Source: an uncultured Pseudomonadota bacterium (GTDB taxonomy: Bacteria > Pseudomonadota > Alphaproteobacteria > JACZXZ01). From it: a DNA stretch of 64,000 nucleotides. Within the stretch, counting starts at the first letter, position 1. Each line of letters starts with the position of its first letter. Both the position numbers and the translations under genes were made by a program. Below are positions 48,556 through 56,616 of this stretch, piece by piece. Location of the stretch: the NCBI GenBank assembly GCA_963749075.1, contig CAVVLJ010000016.1, forward strand, positions 832,001-896,000. Direction: 5' to 3'. The notes beneath the pieces are model-generated. The model ran no database searches and was not told the DNA's origin. It worked only from the letters and a program-made list of their open reading frames with translations.

Positions 48556-50355
48556 ATGAACGGGCAGGACCAGGCGATCCGCTTCCAGTTCACCGAGGAT
48601 ATGAGGGGCTTCATCGCCTTCGGTCAATCCAACTACCAGGACGGCTACGACCAGGGCGTGAAAGACGGCACGCCCTTCATGTTCCATCTCACCCTCAAGA
48701 CGGATGACCTCGATCGCTTCCTCTCGACGCCGCAGCATGAGGCCGAGGCGATCGGCTACGTCGATTGTGCCGCTCTCGGCGGGCGCTGCCCGGTCGAGCG
48801 CGGCTGGTTCAATCTTTTCATCGACACCGCCGATGCCGATCGCAAGCTGATGACCTATCGCCTTTTCTTCCGCGACGCCGAGAACCGGCCCTTGACGCTG
48901 AGCGGCCATAAGCAGGTGCAGGACAAGCCGGGCTTCAACGTCTGGAAGGATACCACGACGCTCTTCACCAATCTGTTTGCCGGCCATATCGCGAAGGACG
49001 AGGAAGCGTCGGAGTCGCTCAAGGCGGTCGGGATTCTCCATATCGGCATGCTCGATTTCGCCAAGGAGCTCGCCACGGTCCGCGCCTTCGCCCCGACCTT
49101 TGCCGGCCGCGTGGCGGCGCTGGAGAGGTTCGGCCGCTACTTCCTCGGCTCCTTATGGCAGACCTACGGTCACTTGCCGTCCCTCAAGATGGGCCGCTTC
49201 GACCGCGAGATCCCGCTTTACACGACCGAGGGGGTGGTGGGCGCTGAGATCACCAGCCATCCCTTCACCACCGGCGACAAGCTGGGATTGAGCATGCTGC
49301 GCTTCCAAAAGGCCCCCGCCGACGATGTCGTGCTGATCATCCACGGGCTCACCACCTCGAGCGACATGTTCATCATGCCCGAGCATTACAATCTGGTGCA
49401 ATTCCTGCTGGACAACGGCTTCTCCGACGTTTGGACCCTCGATTTCCGCATGAGCAATCGCTTCTCCTACAATCTGCACCGCAACCGCTACAACATGGAC
49501 AACGTCGCGCTGTTCGACTATCCGGCGGCGCTCGCGACCCTGCGCGCGCGGATCGGGCACGGCGCGCGGCTCCACGTCATCTGCCACTGCCTCGGCTCGG
49601 TCTCCTTCACGATGAGCCTGTTCGGCAAGGCGGTGACGGGTGTCTCGAGCGTCATCGCCAACAGCGTCGCGCTGACGCCCTGTGTGCCGGGCTGGTCGCG
49701 GTTCAAGCTCACCCTCGCGCCGTTCCTTTGCGATTACGTCTTCGGAATCGAGTACGCCAATCCCTATTGGCGGCGCGAGCCGGGCTTCTCGGTGGGGAAG
49801 GTCCTGGCGACGATGGTCTCGGCGTTCCATCGCGAGTGCGACGTGCCCGAATGCCACATGCTGAGCTTCATGTGGGGCACGGGATGGCCCGCGCTCTACA
49901 GCCACGAAAACCTGCACGACTTGACCCATCGCCGGGGCGGCGATCTCTACGGCGGCGTCAGCTTCCAATATTTCCGCCATGTTCTGAAGATGGTGTCGGC
50001 GGGCAACACGGCCGTCAAATACGACGAGCGCGATCCGACATATTCATCCCTGCCCAGCGACTATCTGCAATATGCCCGGGAGATCGAGACCCCCGTTCTG
50101 TTCATGACGGGAGAGGACAACCACATCTTCGCGGATTCCAATATCCGATGCTACGAGCGGTTGCAAAAGCTCGTGCCCGGCCGGCATGAGCTGCAGGTTT
50201 TTCCGAATTACGGCCATCAGGACGTGTTCATGGGCAAGAATTGCCATATCAACGTCTTTCCGCGCCTGCTCGAATTCCTCAAGCGTCAACGCGACAAGCA
50301 CCGGTCGCCAACCGCCGTCGTGCCGCCCGCTCGAGCGGCGAGCGGCGGCGGCTGA
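48556..50355 (+). CDS. N-terminal accessory domain + alpha/beta hydrolase with a Cys nucleophile
   Basis: FQFTEDMRGF N-domain; IIHGLTTSSDMF, HVICHCLGS elbow, FMTGEDN, YGHQDVF. Confidence 0.78.
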   Translation: MNGQDQAIRFQFTEDMRGFIAFGQSNYQDGYDQGVKDGTPFMFHLTLKTDDLDRFLSTPQHEAEAIGYVDCAALGGRCPVERGWFNLFIDTADADRKLMTYRLFFRDAENRPLTLSGHKQVQDKPGFNVWKDTTTLFTNLFAGHIAKDEEASESLKAVGILHIGMLDFAKELATVRAFAPTFAGRVAALERFGRYFLGSLWQTYGHLPSLKMGRFDREIPLYTTEGVVGAEITSHPFTTGDKLGLSMLRFQKAPADDVVLIIHGLTTSSDMFIMPEHYNLVQFLLDNGFSDVWTLDFRMSNRFSYNLHRNRYNMDNVALFDYPAALATLRARIGHGARLHVICHCLGSVSFTMSLFGKAVTGVSSVIANSVALTPCVPGWSRFKLTLAPFLCDYVFGIEYANPYWRREPGFSVGKVLATMVSAFHRECDVPECHMLSFMWGTGWPALYSHENLHDLTHRRGGDLYGGVSFQYFRHVLKMVSAGNTAVKYDERDPTYSSLPSDYLQYAREIETPVLFMTGEDNHIFADSNIRCYERLQKLVPGRHELQVFPNYGHQDVFMGKNCHINVFPRLLEFLKRQRDKHRSPTAVVPPARAASGGG

Positions 50356-50527
50356 GGGCAGCCCGCCCCTCGAGAGCGAACCCGAGCCTGGCCCGGTCGG
50401 TCCTCCCTTACGGGCGGGGCGGCGCCTGGTCTCGCGCAGCGCTGCCGCATTCTCCTTGTGAGCACCCCTCGTTGGCGGCACAATATCCGCGCAAGACCGG
50501 CGGCGGCACGGCGATAGGGGGACAACC

Positions 50528-51820
50528 ATGGTCGCGGCAACCCGGCACGAGAACGCCCCGGCGCACGGCTCGTCGAAGCAAGCGGTTGCGGCCGCGGTCG
50601 TCGGCAACGTGCTCGAGTGGTACGACTTCTCGGTCTACGCCTACGTCGCCACCACCATCGCCAAGAAGTTCTTCCCGGCCGGCGACAACGTCTCGGCGCT
50701 GCTCTCCACCTTTCTCGTCTTCGGCCTCGGCTTCCTGGCACGACCGCTCGGCGGCATCGTGATCGGGCGCTACGGCGACGTGCGCGGGCGCAAGGCCGCC
50801 CTCGTGCTCACCATCATGTTGATGGCCTCGGGCACCGTGCTGATCGGCGTCATTCCGAGCTATGCCTCGATCGGCGTCTTGGCTCCCATCCTCCTCGTCT
50901 TAGCGCGCCTGATGCAGGGCTTTTCCGCGGGCGGCGAGTGGGGCGGCTCGACGGCGTTCCTCGTCGAATGGGCGCCCGAGCCCCGCCGCGGGCTCTACGG
51001 CAGCTTTCAGCAGGCGAGCGTGGTGGGCGGCATCGTGCTGGGCTCCGGCATCGCGGCACTGGTCAGCACGATCCTCTCGCCGGACGCCATGGACGGCTGG
51101 GGCTGGCGCGTTCTCTTCCTGCTCGGCGGCATCCTGGGGCCGGTCGGCATGTACATGCGCCGGAACATCGGCGAGACGCCGGCCTACGAGCGCAGCAAGC
51201 GCGAGCCGGCGCCGGCGGCGCGCCTAGGCAACGTCTCCCCGCTCTGGCTTGCCGTGCGCGCCTTCGGCTTCACCATCAACTGGACGGTGATCTTCTATAT
51301 CTTCCTCTCCTACATGCCGACCTTCGCCCAGAAATACCTGCACATCGGACGGCCCGAGTCGCTGTGGTCGAACACCATCGGGGTGGTCGTGCTCATGGCG
51401 GCGATCCCGCTCATGGGCCATCTCTCGGACCGCTACGGCCGCAAGCCTTTTCTGCTGCTCTGCTGCGCGTGCTTCATCCTGCTGCCCTATCCCATCTTCG
51501 CCCTCATGCTCTCGGGCGTGTCGCTCGGCACCTTCATCCTGATCCAGGTCGCCGTCGGCCTGATGATCTCGCTCTTCTCCGGTCCGGGGCCGGCCGCCAT
51601 CTCGGAGATCTTCCCGACGCGGGTGCGCTCCACCTGGATGACGAGCGGCTATGCGCTCGCGGTCGCCATCTTCGGCGGCTTCGCGCCCTCCATCGCCATC
51701 TGGCTCATCGCCGTGACCGGGTCGCCGATCTCGCCGGTCTATTACGTGATCGCGGCGGCGGCGGTGAGCGCCATCTTCATCGCCAACCTCAAGGAGACGG
51801 CGCACGGGCGCCTGCCTTGA
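50528..51820 (+). CDS. MFS metabolite:H+ symporter (ProP-like)
   Basis: GNVLEWYDF, RPLGG, RLMQGFSAGGE. Confidence 0.92.
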   Translation: MVAATRHENAPAHGSSKQAVAAAVVGNVLEWYDFSVYAYVATTIAKKFFPAGDNVSALLSTFLVFGLGFLARPLGGIVIGRYGDVRGRKAALVLTIMLMASGTVLIGVIPSYASIGVLAPILLVLARLMQGFSAGGEWGGSTAFLVEWAPEPRRGLYGSFQQASVVGGIVLGSGIAALVSTILSPDAMDGWGWRVLFLLGGILGPVGMYMRRNIGETPAYERSKREPAPAARLGNVSPLWLAVRAFGFTINWTVIFYIFLSYMPTFAQKYLHIGRPESLWSNTIGVVVLMAAIPLMGHLSDRYGRKPFLLLCCACFILLPYPIFALMLSGVSLGTFILIQVAVGLMISLFSGPGPAAISEIFPTRVRSTWMTSGYALAVAIFGGFAPSIAIWLIAVTGSPISPVYYVIAAAAVSAIFIANLKETAHGRLP

Positions 51821-51845
51821 GCGGAGAGAACGGCCGGAGGATGTC

Positions 51846-52748
51846 ATGAACGTGCAAGCCCCCACCCTCGAGCCCTGGCAGTGGCCGGAGGAGCATTGGC
51901 GGAAGCTCGTCGCCCGGGTGCGCGCAGGCAGGCCGCTCAGGCCCAAGGCATGGAAGGACGGTGCGCGCTGCGCCATCGCACTCTCCTTCGATTCCGATCA
52001 CGAGACGAACGAGCTCAGGGACGGCGGCAAGTCGATCGGCCGGCTGGCTTGGGGGCAATACGGCACCCGCGTGGGCGTGCCGCGCATCCTCAAGATTCTC
52101 GACAGGTACGGCGTCAAGGCGAGCTTCTACGTGCCCGCGGTCGCCGCCCTCCTCCATCCCGAGGAGCAGCGCCGCGTCGTGGCCGAAGGCCATGAGATCG
52201 GCATCCACGGCTGGATCCACGAGCTCAACTCGGTGCTGCCGTATGACGCCGAGCGCGATCTCATGCTGCGCTCGGCCGACACGCTCGAGAAAATCGCCGG
52301 CGTGCGCCCGGTGGGCTTGCGGACGCCGTCATGGGATTTCAGTCCGAACACGCTCGCCATCGAGAAGGAGATGGGCCTCGCCTACAACTCCTCGCTGATG
52401 TCCGACGAGGACTGCTACGAGCTGGTGATGGACGGCGAGCCAACCGGCATCGTCGAGCTCCCGGTCGAATGGGTGCGCGACGACGCGGTCTATTTCATGA
52501 TGCACCGCTTCCAGCAGCTCAGGCCCTATACCCCGCCCGCCGCCGTCTTCGACATCTTCCGCCGCGAGCTCGACGCGGCCTACGAGGAGGGCGGCATCTT
52601 CCAGCTCACCATGCACCCGCACGTCATCGGCTACCGCTCGCGCTCCTGGATCATCGAGGAGATCATCCGCCACGCCCGCGCCAAGGGCGACGTGTGGTTC
52701 GCGACGCATGCGGAGGTCGCGGCGTGGGCGAAGACGCATGCGGGGTGA
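51846..52748 (+). CDS. Polysaccharide deacetylase family (PuuE/PgdA-like)
   Basis: LSFDSD, GHEIGIHGWIHE, RTPSWD, TMHPH. Confidence 0.85.
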   Translation: MNVQAPTLEPWQWPEEHWRKLVARVRAGRPLRPKAWKDGARCAIALSFDSDHETNELRDGGKSIGRLAWGQYGTRVGVPRILKILDRYGVKASFYVPAVAALLHPEEQRRVVAEGHEIGIHGWIHELNSVLPYDAERDLMLRSADTLEKIAGVRPVGLRTPSWDFSPNTLAIEKEMGLAYNSSLMSDEDCYELVMDGEPTGIVELPVEWVRDDAVYFMMHRFQQLRPYTPPAAVFDIFRRELDAAYEEGGIFQLTMHPHVIGYRSRSWIIEEIIRHARAKGDVWFATHAEVAAWAKTHAG

Positions 52749-52754
52749 GTGGAC

Positions 52755-52829
52755 CCCCCCACCCCAACCCTCTCCCGCAAGCGGGAGAGGGAGGGACCCA
52801 TGGCTGAGAGGCCATGGGAGGGTGAGGGA
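52755..52829. repeat. REP-like element between convergent genes
   Basis: CCCTCTCCCGC-AA-GCGGGAGAGGG (52768-52791), then CCCATGGC..GCCATGGG and GAGGGTGAGGGA. Confidence 0.85.
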
Positions 52830-52837
52830 CAGCACCG

Positions 52838-54229
52838 CTACTGCACCAGCCCCGGCCGCCGCTTCGCCCACTCGGTCGCCTTCTCATAGGCGTGCCCGGC
52901 GCGCAGCACGAGCGCCTCCTCGAAGGGGCGGCCGGCGATCTGCATGCCGAGCGGCAGGCCGCTCTCCGTGAAGCCGCAGCGTAGCGCCAAGGCGGGTGCC
53001 CCCGTGACGTTGTAGGGGAAGGTGAGGGACGGGCGCTCGAACGAGCTGAACTTGCCGACCTCCTCGATGAGCGGCGCCTCGCTCGGCATCACCGCGGAAA
53101 TGACGAGATCGACCTCGCGCATGAGCTCGGCATAACGCGCGCAAAGCTCACGTCGAAAGCGTTGGGCCTCGATGTAGTCGGCGGCGGTGACGAAGGCGGC
53201 GAGGCGCAGGCGGTCGCGCATGTATTCGCCGTAGTCCTGCGGCCGCGACTTGAGCCACGGCCCGTGGAGGGTGAAGGCCTCGCTCATCATGATCAGCATG
53301 CCGCAGGCATGCCAGTCGTCGAGCGGCGGGAGGCGCACGTCGCGCACCTCGGCGCCGAGCGCCTGGAAGACCGGAAGCGCTGCCTCGAGCGCTCCCCTGA
53401 CCGCGTCGTTGGCCGGGTTGTCGCGCTCGTGGAAATGGCGGACGAAGCCGATGCTGAGGCCCTTGAGCGAGCCGCCAAGGCCGGCGCGGTAGTCGGGGAT
53501 CGCTACCTTGGCGCTCCCGGGGTCCTCGGGGTCGTGGCCGGCCATCGCCTGGAGGAGGATGGCGCAGTCCTCCACGCACCAGGCCATGGGCCCGGCATGG
53601 TCGAGGGAATAGGCGAGCGGCAGGATGCCGCGGCGCGAGACGAGGCCGTAGGTCGGCTTGATGCCGGCAATACCGCAATAGAAGGCGGGCCCGCGGATCG
53701 AGCCGCCGGTATCCGAGCCGGTGCCGCCGAGGATGAGCCCGGCCGCGACCGCGGCTCCCGTGCCGCTCGACGAGCCGCCGGTGAAGCGCCGCGTATCCCA
53801 GGGGTTGCGCGCGGGCGGCCAGGGCAGGTCGAACGACGGCCCGCCCCAGGCGAACTCGTGGGTGGCGAGCTTGCCGAGCATGACCGTGCCCGCCTCGGCG
53901 AGCCTGGCGACGGCGACCGCATCCTCCGCGGGCACATCGTCGATGAGCAGCTTCGAATGCGCAGTTGTCGTCAGGCCCTTGGTGCAATAGATGTCCTTGT
54001 GGGCGATGGGGATGCCGTGAAGCGGCCCCTTGGATCGCCCGGCCATGATCGCCGCCTCGGCGGCCTTGGCCTCGGCAAGGGCGCGCTCCTCCGTCACGCG
54101 GATGAAGGCGTTGAGCGTGCCGTTGAGCCGCGCCACGCGCGCGAGGCAGGCCCGCGTGAGCTCGACCGGGGAGAGCTTGCGCGCCGCGATCAGTGCCGCG
54201 GCTTCGGCGATCGTCGGGATGTCGGCCAC
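52838..54229 (-). CDS. Amidase signature family (GatA/AtzE-like)
   Basis: IAHKD, GGSSSG, GSDTGGSIRGP; GTG start. Confidence 0.9.
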   Translation of the reverse strand: MADIPTIAEAAALIAARKLSPVELTRACLARVARLNGTLNAFIRVTEERALAEAKAAEAAIMAGRSKGPLHGIPIAHKDIYCTKGLTTTAHSKLLIDDVPAEDAVAVARLAEAGTVMLGKLATHEFAWGGPSFDLPWPPARNPWDTRRFTGGSSSGTGAAVAAGLILGGTGSDTGGSIRGPAFYCGIAGIKPTYGLVSRRGILPLAYSLDHAGPMAWCVEDCAILLQAMAGHDPEDPGSAKVAIPDYRAGLGGSLKGLSIGFVRHFHERDNPANDAVRGALEAALPVFQALGAEVRDVRLPPLDDWHACGMLIMMSEAFTLHGPWLKSRPQDYGEYMRDRLRLAAFVTAADYIEAQRFRRELCARYAELMREVDLVISAVMPSEAPLIEEVGKFSSFERPSLTFPYNVTGAPALALRCGFTESGLPLGMQIAGRPFEEALVLRAGHAYEKATEWAKRRPGLVQ

Positions 54230-54236
54230 GGCGCGC

Positions 54237-54431
54237 TCAGCTCCCGGCCTTGAAGACGACCGCCAGCTCCGCCTCCCGCGGGCGCCGGCCGTCGCCGCGC
54301 ACGCGGGCGGCCATGGCCTCGACGTGGCCATAGACCTCGTAGAGCTCGCCCTTCTCCTTGTCCGTGAGCGCTAAGCCGCTGCGCACGACGAGCGCCTCGA
54401 AGATGTCGCGGCTAATGCTGGGCTTCGGCAT
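54237..54431 (-). CDS. Small GatC/AtzG-like amidase partner (64 aa)
   Basis: Ends 7 bp before the amidase start; helical, C-terminus EAELAVVFKAGS. Confidence 0.6.
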   Translation of the reverse strand: MPKPSISRDIFEALVVRSGLALTDKEKGELYEVYGHVEAMAARVRGDGRRPREAELAVVFKAGS

Positions 54432-54442
54432 GGGATGTCGCG

Positions 54443-54580
54443 CTAGGCGCTCCTCCTCACATAGCCGTCGTACCGGTTGCTGAGGCCCACGCCCGACCGG
54501 ACGCACTCGCCGCCCACCGCGGCGAGGCCGGCGCCCTCGATGAGCGCGCGCCTCGAGCCGTCCGGCGCAGCCGTCGCCAT
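54443..54580 (-). pseudogene. 45-codon ORF with a Tat-like leader, probable internal-deletion remnant
   Basis: GGGAGGGG RBS; MATAAPDGSRRALIEGAGLAAVG followed by a short tail. Confidence 0.35.
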
Positions 54581-54711
54581 GGTCCCCTCCCTCGCTTGCG
54601 GCCTCAGCTCCGTGCTTAGCGTGAATCGAAGCACTTTCACTGGCACGTGGCAATGGCGCCACACGGCTTGCTGCCGGCGGGTTGAGCGTGCCGCTCTTGA
54701 ACATCGCTCAG

Positions 54712-54739
54712 CCTGGCATATACTAATGTATATGCCAGG
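54712..54739. promoter_or_regulatory. Perfect 12-bp inverted repeat, putative VapBC operator
   Basis: CCTGGCATATAC-TAAT-GTATATGCCAGG, 18 bp before the vapB ATG. Confidence 0.75.
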
Positions 54740-54757
54740 GCAAAAGGAGGTGGGATC

Positions 54758-54985
54758 ATGCGGAGAAAAGCCAAGATTTTCATGAACAACCGTAGCCAAG
54801 CCGTGCGGCTCCCAAAGGAGTATCAATTCGACACGCAAGAAGTGTTCATCCGCAAGGTGGGCGACGAGGTCATCCTGTCGCCACGCCCGGCGGATTGGTC
54901 GTCATACCTGGCGAACGGACCCGTGGCCTCGGCGGATTTCATGAGCGGCGTGGAGGATCTGCCGGTGCAGGAGCGCGAGCATTAA
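54758..54985 (+). CDS. vapB: VapB antitoxin (AbrB/SpoVT fold)
   Basis: AKIFMNNRSQAVRLPKEYQF; AAGGAGG RBS. Confidence 0.92.
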   Translation: MRRKAKIFMNNRSQAVRLPKEYQFDTQEVFIRKVGDEVILSPRPADWSSYLANGPVASADFMSGVEDLPVQEREH

Positions 54986-55389
54986 TGCCGCGTTACATGC
55001 TGGACACCGATATATGCTCCTGCATCATGAAGCGTTCGAACGATGCGGTACTGAGGCGCTTGCAAAGCGTGCCGGTGGATGATGTCTGCATCTCGGTCAT
55101 TACGACGTCGGAGCTTCTGTTCGGGGTCGAATTGTCTTCTCGACGGCGCCAGGACGGCGCCGCCGTCGAGGCCTTCCTTCGCCACGTCGCCGTCCTCGAT
55201 TTTCCGAGCGACGCGGCGGCCCACCATGCCGATATCCGCGCCGGCCTGAAGGTGCTGGGCGAAATGATCGGCGCGAACGATCTGTTCATCGCCGCCCATG
55301 CGCGCGCTCTCGATTTGACGCTGGTCACGAACAACACGCGGGAGTTCGGTCGAGTGCCGGGGCTGATGATCGAAAATTGGACGGAGTGA
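54985..55389 (+). CDS. vapC: VapC PIN toxin
   Basis: YMLDTDIC, IGANDLFIAAHA, LVTNNTREFGRVPGLMIENW; TAATG coupling. Confidence 0.92.
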   Translation: MPRYMLDTDICSCIMKRSNDAVLRRLQSVPVDDVCISVITTSELLFGVELSSRRRQDGAAVEAFLRHVAVLDFPSDAAAHHADIRAGLKVLGEMIGANDLFIAAHARALDLTLVTNNTREFGRVPGLMIENWTE

Positions 55390-55550
55390 CGAAGGCAAGG
55401 CTGTCTGGGCGAACCGCCTTGCCCCATGCCAATGGATGGCGGATAGTGCGGTTCGTTGGCGCCTTGGCGCGCCCCGTCCGAGCCCGGCCGTAGAAGCCGG
55501 ATTGCCGCTGCAATGGCGCGCGGGACGGCTCACGGGAGGAGGGCAACAGC

Positions 55551-56588
55551 ATGAAGCGCAGGAGCTTTCTCCAGGCGACGGCCGCGGCATCGGCGCTCGC
55601 CATGATGGCAACGGCCGCGCGCGCGGAAGCTGCGGAGGCGGCGGATGTCGAGGCGGCCAAGAAGGAAGGCGAAGTGAGCTGGTACACGGCGCACTTCGAC
55701 ACCCAGACCGCGGAGGCCCTCGGCAACGGCTTCATGAAGCAGTATCCGGGGATCAAGGCGACCGTGTTCCGCAGCACCGCCCAGGTCGTCTACCAGCGCC
55801 TGAGCCAGGACATGCGCGCCGGCGTTGCCGAGTGCGACGTCTTCAGCTCGACGGACGTGGGCCACTACGTGCATCTCAAGCCCATGGGCGTCTTCCTCAA
55901 ATGGACGCCGCCCAACGAGAGCGGCCTGATCGCGGCCTTCAGGGGCCTCGACCCGGACGGCGAATATTTCACGACCTCGATCGGGCTCGTCTGCATCAAC
56001 TACAACAAGACGAAGGTGAAGGAGGACGAGCTGCCGAGGAGCTGGGCGGATCTGCTCGATCCCAAGTGGAAGAACCAGATTTCCGTGGGTCACCCCGGCT
56101 TCAGCGGCTACGTCGGCACCTGGGTCGTCGAGATGCGCAAGCTCTACGGCTGGGACTATTTCGAGAAGCTCAAGGCGAACAATCCCCAGATCGGCCGCTC
56201 GATCAACGACACGGTGACCATGCTCAATTCGGGCGAGCGTACGCTCGGCGCCGGGCCCGAGGGGCTGACGCTCGAGACCGCGGCCAGGGGGAACCCGCTC
56301 GGCGTCGTCTATCCGAGCGACGGCACGCTCCTCATGATCTCGCCCTCGGCGATCATGAAGAATACGCGGCGGCCCAACGCGTCCAAGCTCTTCATGGATT
56401 ATCTGATGAGCGCGGAAGGCTCCAAGGTGCTGGCGGAACATTTCCAAGACCCGATGGTGCCGGGTGTCGCACCGGCACCGGGCGCCAAGTCGCTGACGGA
56501 GATCAAGACGATACGGCCCACCGTGGACGAGATCTCGAGCGGCATTCCCGAGGTCATCAAGGCGTGGCGGGAAACCTTCGGCGTATGA
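55551..56588 (+). CDS. ABC substrate-binding protein (AfuA/Fe3+/polyamine-like cluster), Tat-type signal
   Basis: MKRRSFL; AAKKEGEVSWYT; PRSWADLLDPKWK. Confidence 0.88.
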   Translation: MKRRSFLQATAAASALAMMATAARAEAAEAADVEAAKKEGEVSWYTAHFDTQTAEALGNGFMKQYPGIKATVFRSTAQVVYQRLSQDMRAGVAECDVFSSTDVGHYVHLKPMGVFLKWTPPNESGLIAAFRGLDPDGEYFTTSIGLVCINYNKTKVKEDELPRSWADLLDPKWKNQISVGHPGFSGYVGTWVVEMRKLYGWDYFEKLKANNPQIGRSINDTVTMLNSGERTLGAGPEGLTLETAARGNPLGVVYPSDGTLLMISPSAIMKNTRRPNASKLFMDYLMSAEGSKVLAEHFQDPMVPGVAPAPGAKSLTEIKTIRPTVDEISSGIPEVIKAWRETFGV

Positions 56589-56616
56589 CGGTCCGGCCGG
56601 CGATCGGGGAGGCGCG

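Noticed and set aside
52838-54431. gatCA of the Glu-tRNA amidotransferase
   Set aside because: No gatB follows, the small ORF is shorter than GatC, and the amidase has HEFAWG rather than the GatA DEFAMG motif
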